Below, in pieces: positions 32,609 through 46,259 of a DNA stretch of 64,000 nt; position 1 is the first letter of the stretch; the number at the start of each line of letters is the position of its first letter. The position numbers and the translations under genes were made by a program. Source of the stretch: the human T2T-CHM13v2.0 reference genome, Homo sapiens; the NCBI RefSeq assembly GCF_009914755.1, contig NC_060941.1. One strand, 5' to 3'. A model generated the notes under the pieces. The model had not been told where the DNA came from. It did not search any database and saw only the letters and a program-made list of their open reading frames with translations.

Positions 32609-32688
32609 CTAAATTGGTGCAGAAGTAATTGCGGTTTTGGGCCATTATTTAAATGACCAAAACCACAATTACTTTTGCACCAACCTAA
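32609..32688. mobile_element. MADE1 (Hsmar1-derived MITE)
   Basis: 80-bp palindrome TTGGTGCAGAAGTAATTGCGGTTTT...AAAACCACAATTACTTTTGCACCAA flanked by TA dinucleotides. Confidence 0.95.
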
Positions 32689-32721
32689 TATAATTGAGTG
32701 TTAAAAAATCAAGTCAGAGAA

Positions 32722-33151
32722 TGTGGTAGGCAGAATAATTTTCCCCTTTAAAGGTTTGTCCTAATCTCTGGAACTTGTGAATATGTTATGTTCTATAACA
32801 AGGGGGATTAAGGCTGCAGATAGAAGTTGCTAGTCAGTTGACTTTGAGATGGGGAGATAATCCTGGATCATCCAGTGAGACTGAGCCAATGACAATAGTC
32901 CAAAAAAGTGAACGAGAGAGGTTGGAGTGTCAGAGTCAGAGGGAGATTTGAAGTTCTGAAGATGTTACATTTCTGGATTTAAAGATGGAATGAGGCCACA
33001 AGCCATGGAAGCCACAAGCCATGGAGGCCACAAGCCAGGTGTCTCTAGAGGCTGGAGAAAGGCAAGGAAATGGATTCTTTTGTAGAGCTTCCAGGGAGGA
33101 AGGCAGCCCTGCCAATACCTTGATTTGAGGCCACTGAGACTCATTTAAGAC
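32722..33151 (+). mobile_element. MLT1D-like MaLR LTR, cut at its 3' end by L1
   Basis: TGTGGTAGGCAGAATAAT start; AAAGGCAAGGAAATGGATTCT; internal 16-bp repeat GCCACAAGCCATGGA(A/G). Confidence 0.85.
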
Positions 33152-34163
33152 TTTTTTCCTTATGTTCAGAGGGTACATGTGCAGGTCTGTGACATGGGTA
33201 TAGTGCATAATACTGAGGTTTGGGCTTCTAGTGAACCCATTGCTAAATAGTGAGCACAGTGCAAAATAGGTAGTTTTTCAACCCTTACCCCTCTTTTTAT
33301 CTCCCTGCTTTTGGAGTCCTCAGTGTCTATTATTTTTATGTTTGTTTCCACGTGTACCCGTTTGTTTAGCTTACACTACAAGTTAGAACATGTGGTATTT
33401 GATTTTCTGTTTCTTAGTTATTTTACTTAGGACAATGGCCTCCAGTTTCAATCATGTTACTATGAAGTACATGATCTCATTCTTTTTTATGGCTGCATAG
33501 TATTCCATGGTGTATATGTACCATATTTTCTTTACCCATCAGTGGATGGACACTTACAATGATTCCATGACTTTGCTGTTGTGAATGGTGCTGCAATAAA
33601 CATACAAAGGCTGGTGTATTTTTGATAAAACAATTTCTTTTCCTTTGGATGGATACCCAGTAGTGAGATTGCTGGGTTAAATGGTAGTTCTACTTTTAGT
33701 TCTTTGAGAAATCTCCATACTGTTTTTCACAGGGGTTGAACTAATTTAACTCCACCAATAGTACATACACATTCCCTTTTCTCTTCATCCTCACCAACAT
33801 CAACATCTGTCGTTTTTTGACTTTTCAATAATAACTATTCTGAATTGGGTGAGATGGTGTCTCATTGTGATTTTAATTTGCATTTCTCTGATGATTAATG
33901 ATGATGAGCACTTTTCATATGTTTGTTGGCTGCTTGTGTGTTCTCTTTTGAGAAGTGTCTGTTGATGTCCTTTGCCCACTTTTTAATTGGGTTATTTGTA
34001 TTTTTTCTTGTTGATATTTTAAAGTCCCTTATAGATTCTGGATATTAGTCCTTTGTCGGATGCATAGTTTGCAAAGATTTTCTCCCACACTGTAGGTGTC
34101 TGTTTACTCTGTTAATGGTTTCTTTTGCTGTGCAGAAGCTCTTTTGTTTAATTAAGTCCCATT
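33152..34163 (-). mobile_element. L1 3' end (L1PA16/L1PB type)
   Basis: GGCTGCATAGTATTCCATGGTGTATATG and TTTTGCTGTGCAGAAGCTCTTT. Confidence 0.92.
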
Positions 34164-34249
34164 AATACAGCTGTATTACAATGAACTGTAATACCATTCA
34201 TTTCAAAACACCTATGCTATCTCTGATCTCTAAACTCTCAGAAAACTGT

Positions 34250-34575
34250 CCCTTTAATGACCTCTTCATTGTGACGTTTAATGAACAATCTTTAGCTCTC
34301 TCTGATTAGACCTGTGGCACTGTAGAGACTTCTTTTCTAGAAATACCGTCCTCCTTTAGTTTGTATGATTCTATTCTTTCTTTCTTAGTTTTCCTCCTGC
34401 CTCTGTCACTACTAGCATTACCTCACAGCCTTTTTTTTATCCTTTGCTGCATCTAAGTATCAGTTTTGTTCTCTTGGCACGCCACTGGGAATCTATATGG
34501 CTTCCTTTGGCAATCTCACCCATGATGGCTGTACCGTCTCTGGGCTAATGACTCTCAAGTGCTTGTCTCCAGATA
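34250..34575 (+). mobile_element. L2 fragment
   Basis: GGCAATCTCACCCAT...GCTAATGACTCTCAA...TCTCCAG. Confidence 0.55.
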
Positions 34576-34907
34576 ATTATGAAGATAATCATATTGTTTC
34601 TATCTTCCCTCTCTGCTATGATTTATGATTCTGTGATCTCCACGAAATGGAATCGTACTTGAAGTTGGTTCGCAGTTATCAAAGCCCTTGTTCTTTCCAA
34701 GAAGTCTTCTTGCTTTTCCTCCTGGCTGCTCAATCTGCTCTCTTGATTTACTCAAGCCTAAAGGAATTAAGATACACTGGATCCTACTTTCTGTCCTGCC
34801 ACATAGGCCAACAGTGTGTTCACATCCATTCTAAGATGAGACTGTAGGTACAAAGAGAGCCTGCGAGAGCTAATTCCCAAACACAAGTGTGGAAAAGACA
34901 GGAAGCA

Positions 34908-34917
34908 CATCATCATT

Positions 34918-34948
<31 letters not shown>

Positions 34949-35002
34949 CCATCATCATCACCACCATCATCATCATCATCACCACCATCATCATCACATC
35001 AT
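34908..35002. repeat. (CAT)n/(CAC)n trinucleotide microsatellite
   Basis: Directly visible, about 30 units with interruptions. Confidence 0.97.
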
Positions 35003-36225
35003 TTTCACTACAACAGCAAATCATACTTGAAAGGCATCAAGTTCTTCTGCTACCCAGTGGATGGAGCTTTTGAGAAGACTGGACCAGTTTGAGAGAATAA
35101 GGAAACCCCATTTTCTCTGGTGGTCTGATTTGTGACATAAGTAATTCCGTGACCACACCACCTGAAGAGTGTGCCTAGGAGATATCAGAACCGGAGTACA
35201 GCATGAAATTAGCATCACACACTGACTACAAAACAAAAACAACAAAATTTAAGAGCCGAGTTTTATTGAGACCAGGGTGGGTGGGACTCAGAGAGACAAC
35301 AATCTATAAAGGCAAACACAGGAGAAACATCTGATATAAAAGAGCAGGAGGCAACAAGGGAAGTTGTCATTTAGACCCTCATGGGCTCCACATTTTTGCA
35401 AGCACTGAGCTTTATAAAAACCTGATTCTTACACTAGCCGCTCCAGGCTATATCTGTACTGCCACTGCCAGACATAATTGGAGTGCTACTGGGCCTTATA
35501 GAGAGAGGTTGGATCCCATGACCAGTCCAGAAAGATAACTCTCAACTAGGAAGACCAGATTTAAGGCCATTTTGAAAGATCTTGATAAGCCAAAGTGGGG
35601 AGCCTCGCTGACTTCCCAAGACTTAGCTTGGCCAGGATCTGTTTGCCCATCAAGTTAGAAGTTGAAGCTACAGACAAGACAGAGACAGTTGGGGGAGGAT
35701 GTCAGAAAATGAGCATGGAGTTAGAGATAACCCATATCTTCTGTAGTCTTTCAACAGAGACAGTTGCTCAGTTCTGGTTGATCCAATGAAAGGAAAGTTT
35801 TGTCTGCACATATGGCTGAGCTTCCTAACTGGACTCATATGTTCAGTTCTAAGAAAAAGCTACATGTTAGTGGAATAAGAAACAATCCCTACTGCAGGAG
35901 ATGCATAAGACTTCCCATCAGTACCCACTTATCCCAAACACATAGACAGCCTGGAGGATAAACCAAAAAACAGATCCTAGTCAGAGGGAGACCTAGATTT
36001 TTCTGTCAGGGATTGGAAAGTCCTCTTAGGCAAGAGTATTTGCCTTTAAGGTGCCATGGAGACTAACTTGGAGGGAGAAGTCAGGGAGTAGGAACAGACA
36101 TGATTATTCTGAAAAATCATAATGAATCTCTTTTGCACTTCCAGGCACAAACTCTTCTTAACTCATTCTTAAATAACTACCTTAGGAGTGGGGTGTAGGT
36201 GATTACTTCTGAAAGAATGTGAAGA

Positions 36226-36548
36226 GGCTGGGCGCAGTGGCTCACACCAGCACTTTGGAAGGCCTAGGCGGGTGGATCACCTGAGGTCAGGAGTTCCAGA
36301 CCAGCCTGGCCAACATAGTGAAACCCTGTCTCTACTAAAAATACAAAAAAATTAGCTGGTCATGGTGGCAGGCACCTATAATCCCAGCTACTTTGGAGGC
36401 TGAGGCAGAAGAATCGCTTGAACCCGGGAGGCGGAGGTTGCAGTGGGCTGAGATACGCACCGTTGCACTCCAGCCTGGGCAACAAGAGCGAAACTCTGTC
36501 TCAAAACAAACAAACAAATAAACAAACAAAACAAACAAACAAACAAAA
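36226..36548 (+). mobile_element. AluSq/Sp-like SINE with (AAAC)n tail
   Basis: TSD AAAGAATGT(G/A)AAGA. Confidence 0.95.
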
Positions 36549-36867
36549 GAATGTAAAGAGAATGAAAACATTCAGTTTTTGGTATCCAAAGTAGGATTCT
36601 GGAACAAATGATGAGCTGGAAAGCCAAGCCTCTTAGAAAAGTTGCTGGTTCACTCAGATCATTTTCCCTAAGTGCAGAGATGTTACTCCTTCTGCCTGAG
36701 GTATAAGATGGCAACTCCCGCCTGCCTCGCTAGACCCTTCCCAATCAGGGAAAACTTAGTGAATCAGTTGACCCTATTTTGTTGTCATGTCAGCCTCCAT
36801 TCTGCTGTTTTGCTGCTGCTGCTTGGTGCTTGGGCTGGAAAGTGGTGGTTTAAATGTCCAGCATCTC

Positions 36868-37735
<868 letters not shown>

Positions 37736-39063
37736 AGCGGTCTTATAATTATCTGAATTAGAGCAACACTGAATGAGCCTACTCGCCCTTTCTCAGGTCT
37801 AAAAATACCATATAAAATATTCGTGAGAAATTAATATAGTTCCTAGAAAAGACTTTGCCAACGCTTGTCCATTTGTAGGATATTTTAAGTAGCCTTTAAA
37901 CAACAATAACTCCCTTTTGGAATGAACAGACAAAAGGAAGAACTGTTCTTCTGAGATGTGAGATCCTGGGATATGATTCAACAGGACTTTTTGTGGGAAT
38001 GGTTTTGCTGCATTTTTCTTTTCCAGAGGGCAGAAAAGAAAAACCATGTTATTTTCTTTTATTGTATGTTATAAATGCATATAATTTCCAAAAAATCAAC
38101 AAAGACTTCTGATGTAAATGTGTATTAGTTTCATCTAACTTCTTTAAACGCCATCACATACCTAAGGACTTGGGGAGACATATCTATTTTCACAGTTCTT
38201 TCCGATTCTAATGAGCTCTGAAAAGTTTATTTCAAAATAATCCTTCTGTATTAAGCGCTGGCTCATTGACAGGTCCCCTTTTATCGTAATTTCATGAAGT
38301 TTATTTTCCAAATGAAGGTTTATTTTTGCATGGAATTCTGAGGTTCTGCATTGTGTATATGAAGCAATTAGTTTGGGATTTCTGGAATTTATTTTAGACC
38401 AGACAGATGTCTTCAATTTACACACTCTGGGAGGTGACAAACCCTATTAACATTCGAAAGCTATCAATTTGCTTTATCTTTGTTCTTAAGCACACCCAGC
38501 TACGATCCAGGGTAATTCTTTTTGTTTGATTGTTTATTGGTCTTGTGTTTTTATGTAGACAGAAGTAGGAATTTAAGGAAAACACGGAAGATAGCTTCAG
38601 TAATTTTATCACTGTCAAAATCTAGTGGGTTACTTTAAGAGCCACGAATCACACCTGTATTAGAAATGCATTTTTTCCTGACTAAAATTCTTTCCTTTTA
38701 GTAACCACCATTGAAGTCTAAAACACATACACAGTAGCTACTCATCTTTTAAAGTTTTTCTTTATCACGTTGGTGACTTATGCCTGCTATTCCCTTGCTT
38801 ACATTGTCTTTTTTTAATCAATGGTTGTTTTTACCAGGTAATAGAAACATATCTCTAAGCTGCGTAGACCTCAGCATGAATCTGAGTATTTTTCTATTCA
38901 TTAGTCAAATCCTTCGTAGTCAAAAGTAAGTGCACTCCCATTGTGTACAAAGTCCTAGACTGTGTTGATTTGGGAAGGAGGGTTCAAATGATGTCCCCGT
39001 TCATTTTTATTCTGAACTTGAAGACCAAACCAGGGTTATTATTTTTTTTTCCGATGCATTCTG

Positions 39064-39082
39064 CAGCCACTAGATGGCTCCG
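39064..39082 (+). promoter_or_regulatory. Candidate CTCF binding site
   Basis: CAGCCACTAGATGGCTCCG matches the core CCASYAGRKGGC, in non-repetitive DNA. Confidence 0.55.
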
Positions 39083-39599
39083 GAGATATGCTCGGGTCTT
39101 CTCCAGAGTCAATTACTTCGAAACCTAACAACCTAAATTGCTATTTATTTCTCACATCGAAGTCCAAAACTGCACGCGCATTTTGCTGATTATAGGATTT
39201 AAAAACTGAGAGTAGGACCCAGAACTTGATCTGAATAAACTCAGCCCACTATTGGGAAATTTTGTTTACAAAATTTGCTTTTTATTATGACTGCCGTATT
39301 TTATTTTCAGTGAATGTGGGGCGTATTGTTACTGGCCAGGAGAAAGTTAGAGACTAACAGATGTCATCGGTAGTGTCAGATCTAGATCAAATGCAGAATG
39401 ATTATACATCCTGACACAATTGTTTTTGAAATATAGGATAATCCATTACGGACAGGATGTCTGACAACTCTAGTTTTAGTGACATTGTACTTGACTTTGA
39501 GCTCATGCTGTTTCCTTTATCTTGGATTAAGTTATTTATGTATGAGTCCAATAGAACTGAAAACACTTAGAACTAAGATTAGAAGGATACTTTCTTAAC

Positions 39600-41420
39600 A
39601 TGACTACTTCAGACTACCTCAAAAATATATATCAAAATATATTTAATGGTGAAATATCATAAATATTTCTGTTAAAATGAGGAGGAAGAAAAATATGCTT
39701 ACTGTCATAATTTAAAATTTTCCTCTGGATATTTTAGATAATGCAGCAAAATTTTCCTCTGGCTGTTTTCGATAATGCAGCAAGTCAAGGGAAATAGAAA
39801 AGGTATTATAGAAAAGGAGAGACAAAATCATCATTGTGTGTAAATCATAATTTCTTTCTTCTAAAAAAACAGAAGGTTGGGATAAGAAAATAGTGTTAGT
39901 GGGTCAGTTATAAATAAATTGTACAAAATCATTAAAATTTTTAAAATAATTCTACAAAAATCAACTTCCTATATGCAGCAATTATCAATTAAATTATAAC
40001 AAAAATATATTATATTACAATATTCAAGTATACTGAAAAGCAATGTATATTACCATACAGCAATTACTCTCCTGAGTGGCAAAAAGACACTTTAAAAAAT
40101 GAAAGATTATCCTCTTTTGGATGGGAAGAATATTGTAGATATATCAATTCTACCTTTAGTTAGCTTATAGTTTTAATGATAATCCAACAAATATTGCTTC
40201 AGAATTTTTTTTCAAATTTCACAATTTTTTTTGGAAGTTCATGTGAAAAATCAATAGAAGAAAAGATCCAAGAAAATAAGGATGAGAGGCAATTCCATTG
40301 TTAAATACTTTGTTTATAATTTATCATCAACCTAAAGTAATCACAAAAGGCACTAACTACTCAAAGAGAAAAGTAAGTATTCTTAGATATACATGTGAAT
40401 TAGTATTTAGTAGGGTAGCACTGCAAATTTTTCAATAAAAAAACAGATTAATTCAATAAATTGTTTACTATTTTAAAAATAACAAATTTAATTCCCTACC
40501 ACATACAATATTGCAAAATAAAATCCAGATGGATTACAGAGAGAAAATGATGAAACATAAATATATAAGAAAACTAAAAGTGCTGATTTGAACATTTGCA
40601 CAATGATAGGGTAAGAAAAATTTTTAAGCACTTAAAAAGTATTTACATATTAACCAAACTGTTTTTTCTGAAAACCAGAGAAAGATAACTAAAATTATCA
40701 ACAAGAAAATATTTTTAAGAGATTAATGAAAAGATACAATTATCCACAATATATCGAAGTCTTAGAACTCTATAAAAAAAGAAAAGCCAAAACGCCACAG
40801 TAGAAATGAACAACAAAGACATGAACAATCAAATTCCCAATGAAAAAATACAAATGGCAAATAAACAAATCTAAACATTGTAAACTACACTAGTAGCCAA
40901 AAAAATGAAAATTACAATTAAATACTGTTTTTGTCTCAATTTGGAAATTACTAAAATGAATAATTACACAAGTGTTAGGCAGGTTACAGAAAAAAAATGG
41001 ACACTCTCATATTCCAGTGGTGGATATGTAAATTGGAACATCATTTCTGCAGGGCAATTTGGCAGTGCATTTCAAATACATTAAAATGTGCATATCTTTT
41101 CACCGAGGAATGTCACATTTAGGAACTGATTAGATGTATATAAAAACATCTGTACAAGGATGATCACCCTTTTATTTCTTATTACTATGAGGATTTGATC
41201 CAAATTTAAGTGTTCAGAAATATGAGATTAAACAAACTATAGTGTGTACTTAAAATTCTTTTATCTAGACATTCAACAAATATTTATTTACTTTTACGAA
41301 GATAATATGCATTCACTAGAGATTTAAGAGATAAAGGGCTAAGAAAATGTTCACAGGATACTGCTGGATGACAAAAGCAGGTCATAAAACAATATGCAAG
41401 AGGAAATCCCATTTTTTATG
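39600..41420 (+). mobile_element. Decayed L1ME ORF2/3' fragments
   Basis: A-rich; TGGATGGGAAGAATATTG, AAATCCAGATGGATTA, GGATATGTAAATTGG...GGCAATTTGGCA. Confidence 0.7.
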
Positions 41421-41735
41421 AAAGCTGCATTCCCTGGCCTTCAAGAGAGTGAGGTTACAAACAACGTTATGGGAGCATTAACACCTGTGTTATGCTGGCT
41501 TGTAGAGCCCATGATCGTAACTGTAGGGTTTTAAATGCCTTCTAAACATTTCCCCTAATTGGTACATTCCTGATAATTTTAGAGATTTAACTTCTCATGG
41601 TATTCTCAATGTTCTTTTCTTCCTACTTACCAAACTCCAAACTCACTAAATCAGTTTTGAGTTTGACCTCTCCTCTCTACCCAAAGTCAACCTACACTGG
41701 AATATCACACGCCTCAATTTCAAAACAAATGTCCT

Positions 41736-42062
41736 TGCTATGGTCTGAATGTTTGCATTCCCCCCACATTCGTATGTGGAAACCTAATCACCAGAGGATG
41801 GTTCTAGGAGGTGGGGCCTGTGGGAGGTGATTATGTCATGAGGGTGAAACCCTCATGAATGGAATTAGTGCCCTCATAAAAGAGTCCCCAAAAAGGCCCC
41901 TTCCATTTCCGCCATATGAGGACACAGGGAGAAGGTACCATCCATGAATCAGAAAGTGGGCTCTTGCCAGACACCAAATCTGCAGTCAACTTGATTTTAG
42001 ACTTCCCAATCTCCAGAACTCTGAACTACATAAATGTTTGTTGTTTATAAGTGGCCTAGTGT
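41736..42062 (+). mobile_element. MLT1A0-like MaLR LTR
   Basis: TGCTATGGTCTGAATGTTTG start; CCAGACACCAAATCTGC; CTCCAGAACT. Confidence 0.85.
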
Positions 42063-42264
42063 ACTCACCACACACACAAAGCATGTTTGTGGGTTGCGGC
42101 TTTACTGGATGCTTGGGATGATGTGGTGGGATATGGCTCACAGCACTCAAAGACCTTTGACTACCCATCTCACTCGGGAGTCCTCATGGATAGACAGTTC
42201 TCCACCTCACCTGTCTCTTGGTGACCACTTACATTCTTCAGGGTTTTCCAGAGACACAGAACAA

Positions 42265-42442
42265 AGAGGATGTTGTGTCTCTTCCTTTTTTATAAGGGCA
42301 CTATCCCATCATGGGGGCTTCACCTTCATGAACTCATCTAAACTTAAGTACCCACCAAAGGCACCACTTCCAAATACCATCACATTGGAGGTTAGGGCTT
42401 CAACATACAAATTTTAAGGACAGAAACATTGAGTCCATAGCA
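42265..42442 (-). mobile_element. MLT1A0-like LTR 5' half, inverted
   Basis: TATAAGGGCACTATCCC...AAACATTGAGTCCATAGCA terminus. Confidence 0.8.
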
Positions 42443-42764
42443 GATGGATAATAAAAGGAATATACTTCTCAAATCCAGATTGTGATGGGAGTATTTCTCA
42501 ACAAACTTTTGCTTGATTTTTGACACAAAGTCCTGAGTTAAATAATCAACCCAACATTTTTTTTTTACCAGAACTCGAACTTAAGACCTCAATATTTTTA
42601 TGAAGATATTTTGATAAGCACTATTTTAAAAGGGCTAACTGTGAATAAACTAGATGAGTAGCAATCTTCCTACAAAGCTGTCTTATCCCTAATAATAGTA
42701 AAGCTATACAAGGTTTTAAAAGTTATGCACATGTGTATGTTTATATATGGTATTGGTATCTCTG

Positions 42765-43062
42765 GTTTTTTTTTTTTTTTAGACAGGGTCTCACTTTGTC
42801 ACCCAGGCTAAACTGTAATGGTGTAGTCTTGGCTCACTGCTGTCTTGACCTCCTGGGCTCAAGCAATCCTCGTGCCTCAGCTTCTGGAGTAGCTGGGAGC
42901 ACAGGTATGCACCACCACACCCGGCTAACTTTTTGTATTTTTTGTAGAGATGGGGTTTTGCCATGTTGCCCAGGCTGGTCTCGAACTCCTGAGCTCAAGT
43001 GATCCATCTGACTTGGTCTCCCGAAGTGCTAAGATTACAAGCCTGAGCCACTGTGCCCGGCT
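42765..43062 (-). mobile_element. AluJ SINE
   Basis: TTGACCTCCTGGGCTCAAGCAATCCT, TTGCCCAGGCTGG. Confidence 0.92.
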
Positions 43063-43148
43063 TGTACCTTTAAAAAAAAAAAAGAACTAAAGATAACGTT
43101 TTGGTTGAACTTAAATAATATTCCTTTTATATGGAAATTTGGTCTCCT

Positions 43149-43198
43149 GTGCAATTAATAATCAAAGTAACCCGTGCAATTAATAATCAAAGTAACCC
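43149..43198. repeat. Perfect 25-bp tandem duplication
   Basis: GTGCAATTAATAATCAAAGTAACCC x2. Confidence 0.95.
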
Positions 43199-43299
43199 AG
43201 TATACATTCTCTCAAACTTAATCTTTGTCTCAAAATATTTTCTCAGCATTATTATTAAATCTACACATGCATCATATAAAAAATATAATAAATGTGCAA

Positions 43300-45830
43300 C
43301 AGACATAAAAGCACTGAAAAAAAGCGTGAGAAAAAACTGCTAGTATATTTATATGAAAATAAAAAATTGTGTATGTTGGAAATATCCCTCCAAAATTAAA
43401 AGGCAAAATGCAAGCTAGAACAAAAATCAGGTCACATTCTCACTACATATTAACTCCTTATAAAATAAGAAAATGACAAATTTCCTCGTAGAAAAATGGG
43501 CAAATGTGTAAGTAGAAATTTACAAAAGAAGAAACAGAATAGTCAATAAACATAAGAAAAATTGCTCATACCCATTATCAATTGAATCATGGAAAATTAT
43601 TAAAAGTTAAATACAATTTTTCACCTGTAAATTATGAAGATGAGAATAAATTATAATACTCTGTACTGTAAAATATGGGAAGAAATGATACTCTGTTATT
43701 AATGGTAGAAACTTACATTAATAGTACCTTTTTGATGGACTGCAAGCATTCAGAAACAAAAATGTTCATCAGAGTAATGTTTTAATAACCAAATGTTTCG
43801 AATATGTTATCTAAATCGATCTGTGTTCATCTAGTAATATACAATATAATGTTTTGATCAATATTTACAAGCATAAAACTTAAGAGAAAATTAATATCTA
43901 AATTTGACTACATAAAAATATTAAAATTCTGTACTAAAAAAGCAAAACTAAGCACCAAAAATGAACAAAAAAAGTAGAAGCAAACTAGAAAGGAGCTCTT
44001 ATTTAAAAAAAAATAAAACACCCTGGTGGAAAAATTAATAGGCAACAGCTTTATGATTTCTAGGTGTGGAAAAACAGAAAAAACATAAAGCATAACTGTA
44101 TTTATTAATATTTAAATTTTTATATTAAAATATTATAGTACATGAAATAATGTAAATTATGTTAGAAAAGAAGCCAGTTTCAAACCAGGAGAAGATATTT
44201 TCAATTTATAAAAATCACAAAGGATCAGCGTCCTGATATTTAAAAATTTCTGCAAATCAATGCAAAAATAGTGACAAAAGAAAATACAGGCAAAGAAAGT
44301 TAATAGAGAATTCATAGAAGAAGAAAATAAATGGCTGGTGAATATATGAGAAGATTTTCAAACAGATAAGTAATTGGCAAACTTAATATTGAAATGTCTG
44401 TCTAATCCATTAGGTAGAAATAAGGCTTAACAACACTGAGTATTGGTGAGAATGTAGAAAAATAGAAAGTTTTAGAAAATCCTGAGGGGAGAGCAATTGT
44501 TAGAATTTAGAAAACTGAAAATGTCCATGCCTTAATAATTAGCAATATCAACTTCATTTATTATAGAGAAATATTTGTACATGTGCACAATGAGATCTGT
44601 CTAATAAGGATGTTCACTACAGTACTGTTGGTAATGGAACAAAAAAAGGAAACACACCAAAATTCAATTGATGAATGTTTAAATGCATTGTGATATTTAA
44701 GTGTAATGAATTCTAATAGAGTAGCTAAGAGAAACAAACTACATATATATGCGTATCAACACAGATAGAACTAAAAACATACTATTGAATGAAAAATAGC
44801 AGAATAATGAATATAGAATTCTAACATTTTTATATGCTTTAAACATGCCAATAAATATGATATAGGGTTCATAGCTACATATGTAGAAGTATATAAAAGT
44901 AAACAAAAAATATTCAAAATATACATACTAAATTCATGATAGGAGTTACCTCTGTGGGAAGAGAATAAGAGGAATAAAATAAACATGGTGGATGAAGGGA
45001 ACTTTAATTTAATTATTTTATTTATTTTATTTTCAGACAGAGTCTCACTCTATTGCCCAGGCTGTAGTTTAGTGGTGTGATCTGGGCTCAGAGCAACCTC
45101 TGCCTCCTGGGTTCAAGCAATTCTTGTGCCTCAGCCTCCTGAGTAACTGGGATTACAGGTGTACACCACCACGCCTGGCCAGGAATTTTAATTCTATCTG
45201 TAGTTTAACATTTTAAAAGACCAAGCAAATATAAGTTACAAATAATTATAAAAAGTATATGTGTGCATTATATTACTTTTTAATTTCTGAAAGTAAAAAT
45301 TGTGATAAAATAAGATAAAATAGGTAAATTGGCAAAAAAGCCAAAGTTGATAACTCATGGAAGAAAAAAATGCAAATAACCAAAAAGCATAGGAAAAAAA
45401 AAACATAATTAGTAGTCAAGGAAAAAGGTAATAAAGAACAATTGTTGCTGTATTTGTTTAGTCACAAAAATAATAATTGTTATTGTCCATAAAGATATGA
45501 AAACTTCTTATATTGCTTGGGGTGGTTTAAATTAGCAAAATCTTTTGAGGATCAGTTTTTAAAATATTTCAAATAACCAAATAGTCACATCCTTTGAGTC
45601 AGCTATAAAAACATATAATGAGAAAAAATTAAGCTATTAAAAAAGATTTGTATGTAGAATGTTTATGGAAATGTTATTCATGATCGTTTAAAATTAGAAA
45701 CAAAATAAGTCTCTAATAAGTATTGTACAACCGCATGATAGAATACAATGTAACCATTCAAAATCCTGCTGTGGAGTGGTGTGGAAAGTTTACTAATGTA
45801 CTAGATGTTACTATATAGCAGGTTTAGATA
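43300..45830 (+). mobile_element. Multiple decayed L1ME 3' fragments
   Basis: AGAAAAATGGGCAAA, AAATTTGACTACATAAAAAT, GTATTGGTGAGAATGTAGA. Confidence 0.7.
45007..45180 (-). mobile_element. Monomeric Alu (right arm only)
   Basis: Single arm bounded by TSD GGAA(C/T)TTTAATT. Confidence 0.9.
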
Positions 45831-46259
45831 TATTTATATACACATATGTATTTTATATTATATGTATGTGTGTACATAGTGTGTGTGTGTCATGTATGTG
45901 TCATTAACCAGAGGTGGACTGACTTGCTTGAAGCTTTTAAACACTGTAGAAAAGAATCACTATTTTCTTAGAATTGTTTCTAGAGATCCAATGCATATGA
46001 TCGTAGTAAGAAGCAAGTCTTCACACATTCTAAAGAGAAGTCCCCATGTTTGCAGCTAGGCCATTCTTTCAAGACTCATCAAGAGGTAAATGAATTTGTC
46101 CTGTAATCATAACCCCATCACCGTGTATGTGGAAGACTAGAAATTTGAGAATGTATTAGTGAATAGTTATTGCCCCCATCATTGGATGGCAGTGCTTTCC
46201 ACCGCCCCTAATGTTCTACCCACTCACCCATAAGTTGAGTGAGGAGAGCTCTGAAACAA

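Noticed and set aside
33150-34195. Possible L1 insertion-mediated deletion of the MLT1D 3' end
   Set aside because: A degenerate TSD and a GAACTGTAA remnant after the L1 may be the LTR continuation, so this is ambiguous by eye
34767-35092. Poly-Met and poly-Ser ORFs
   Set aside because: Artefacts of the (CAT)n microsatellite
38162-38440. 92-aa ORF in the repeat-poor island
   Set aside because: Non-ATG start and no recognisable domain; more consistent with non-coding DNA
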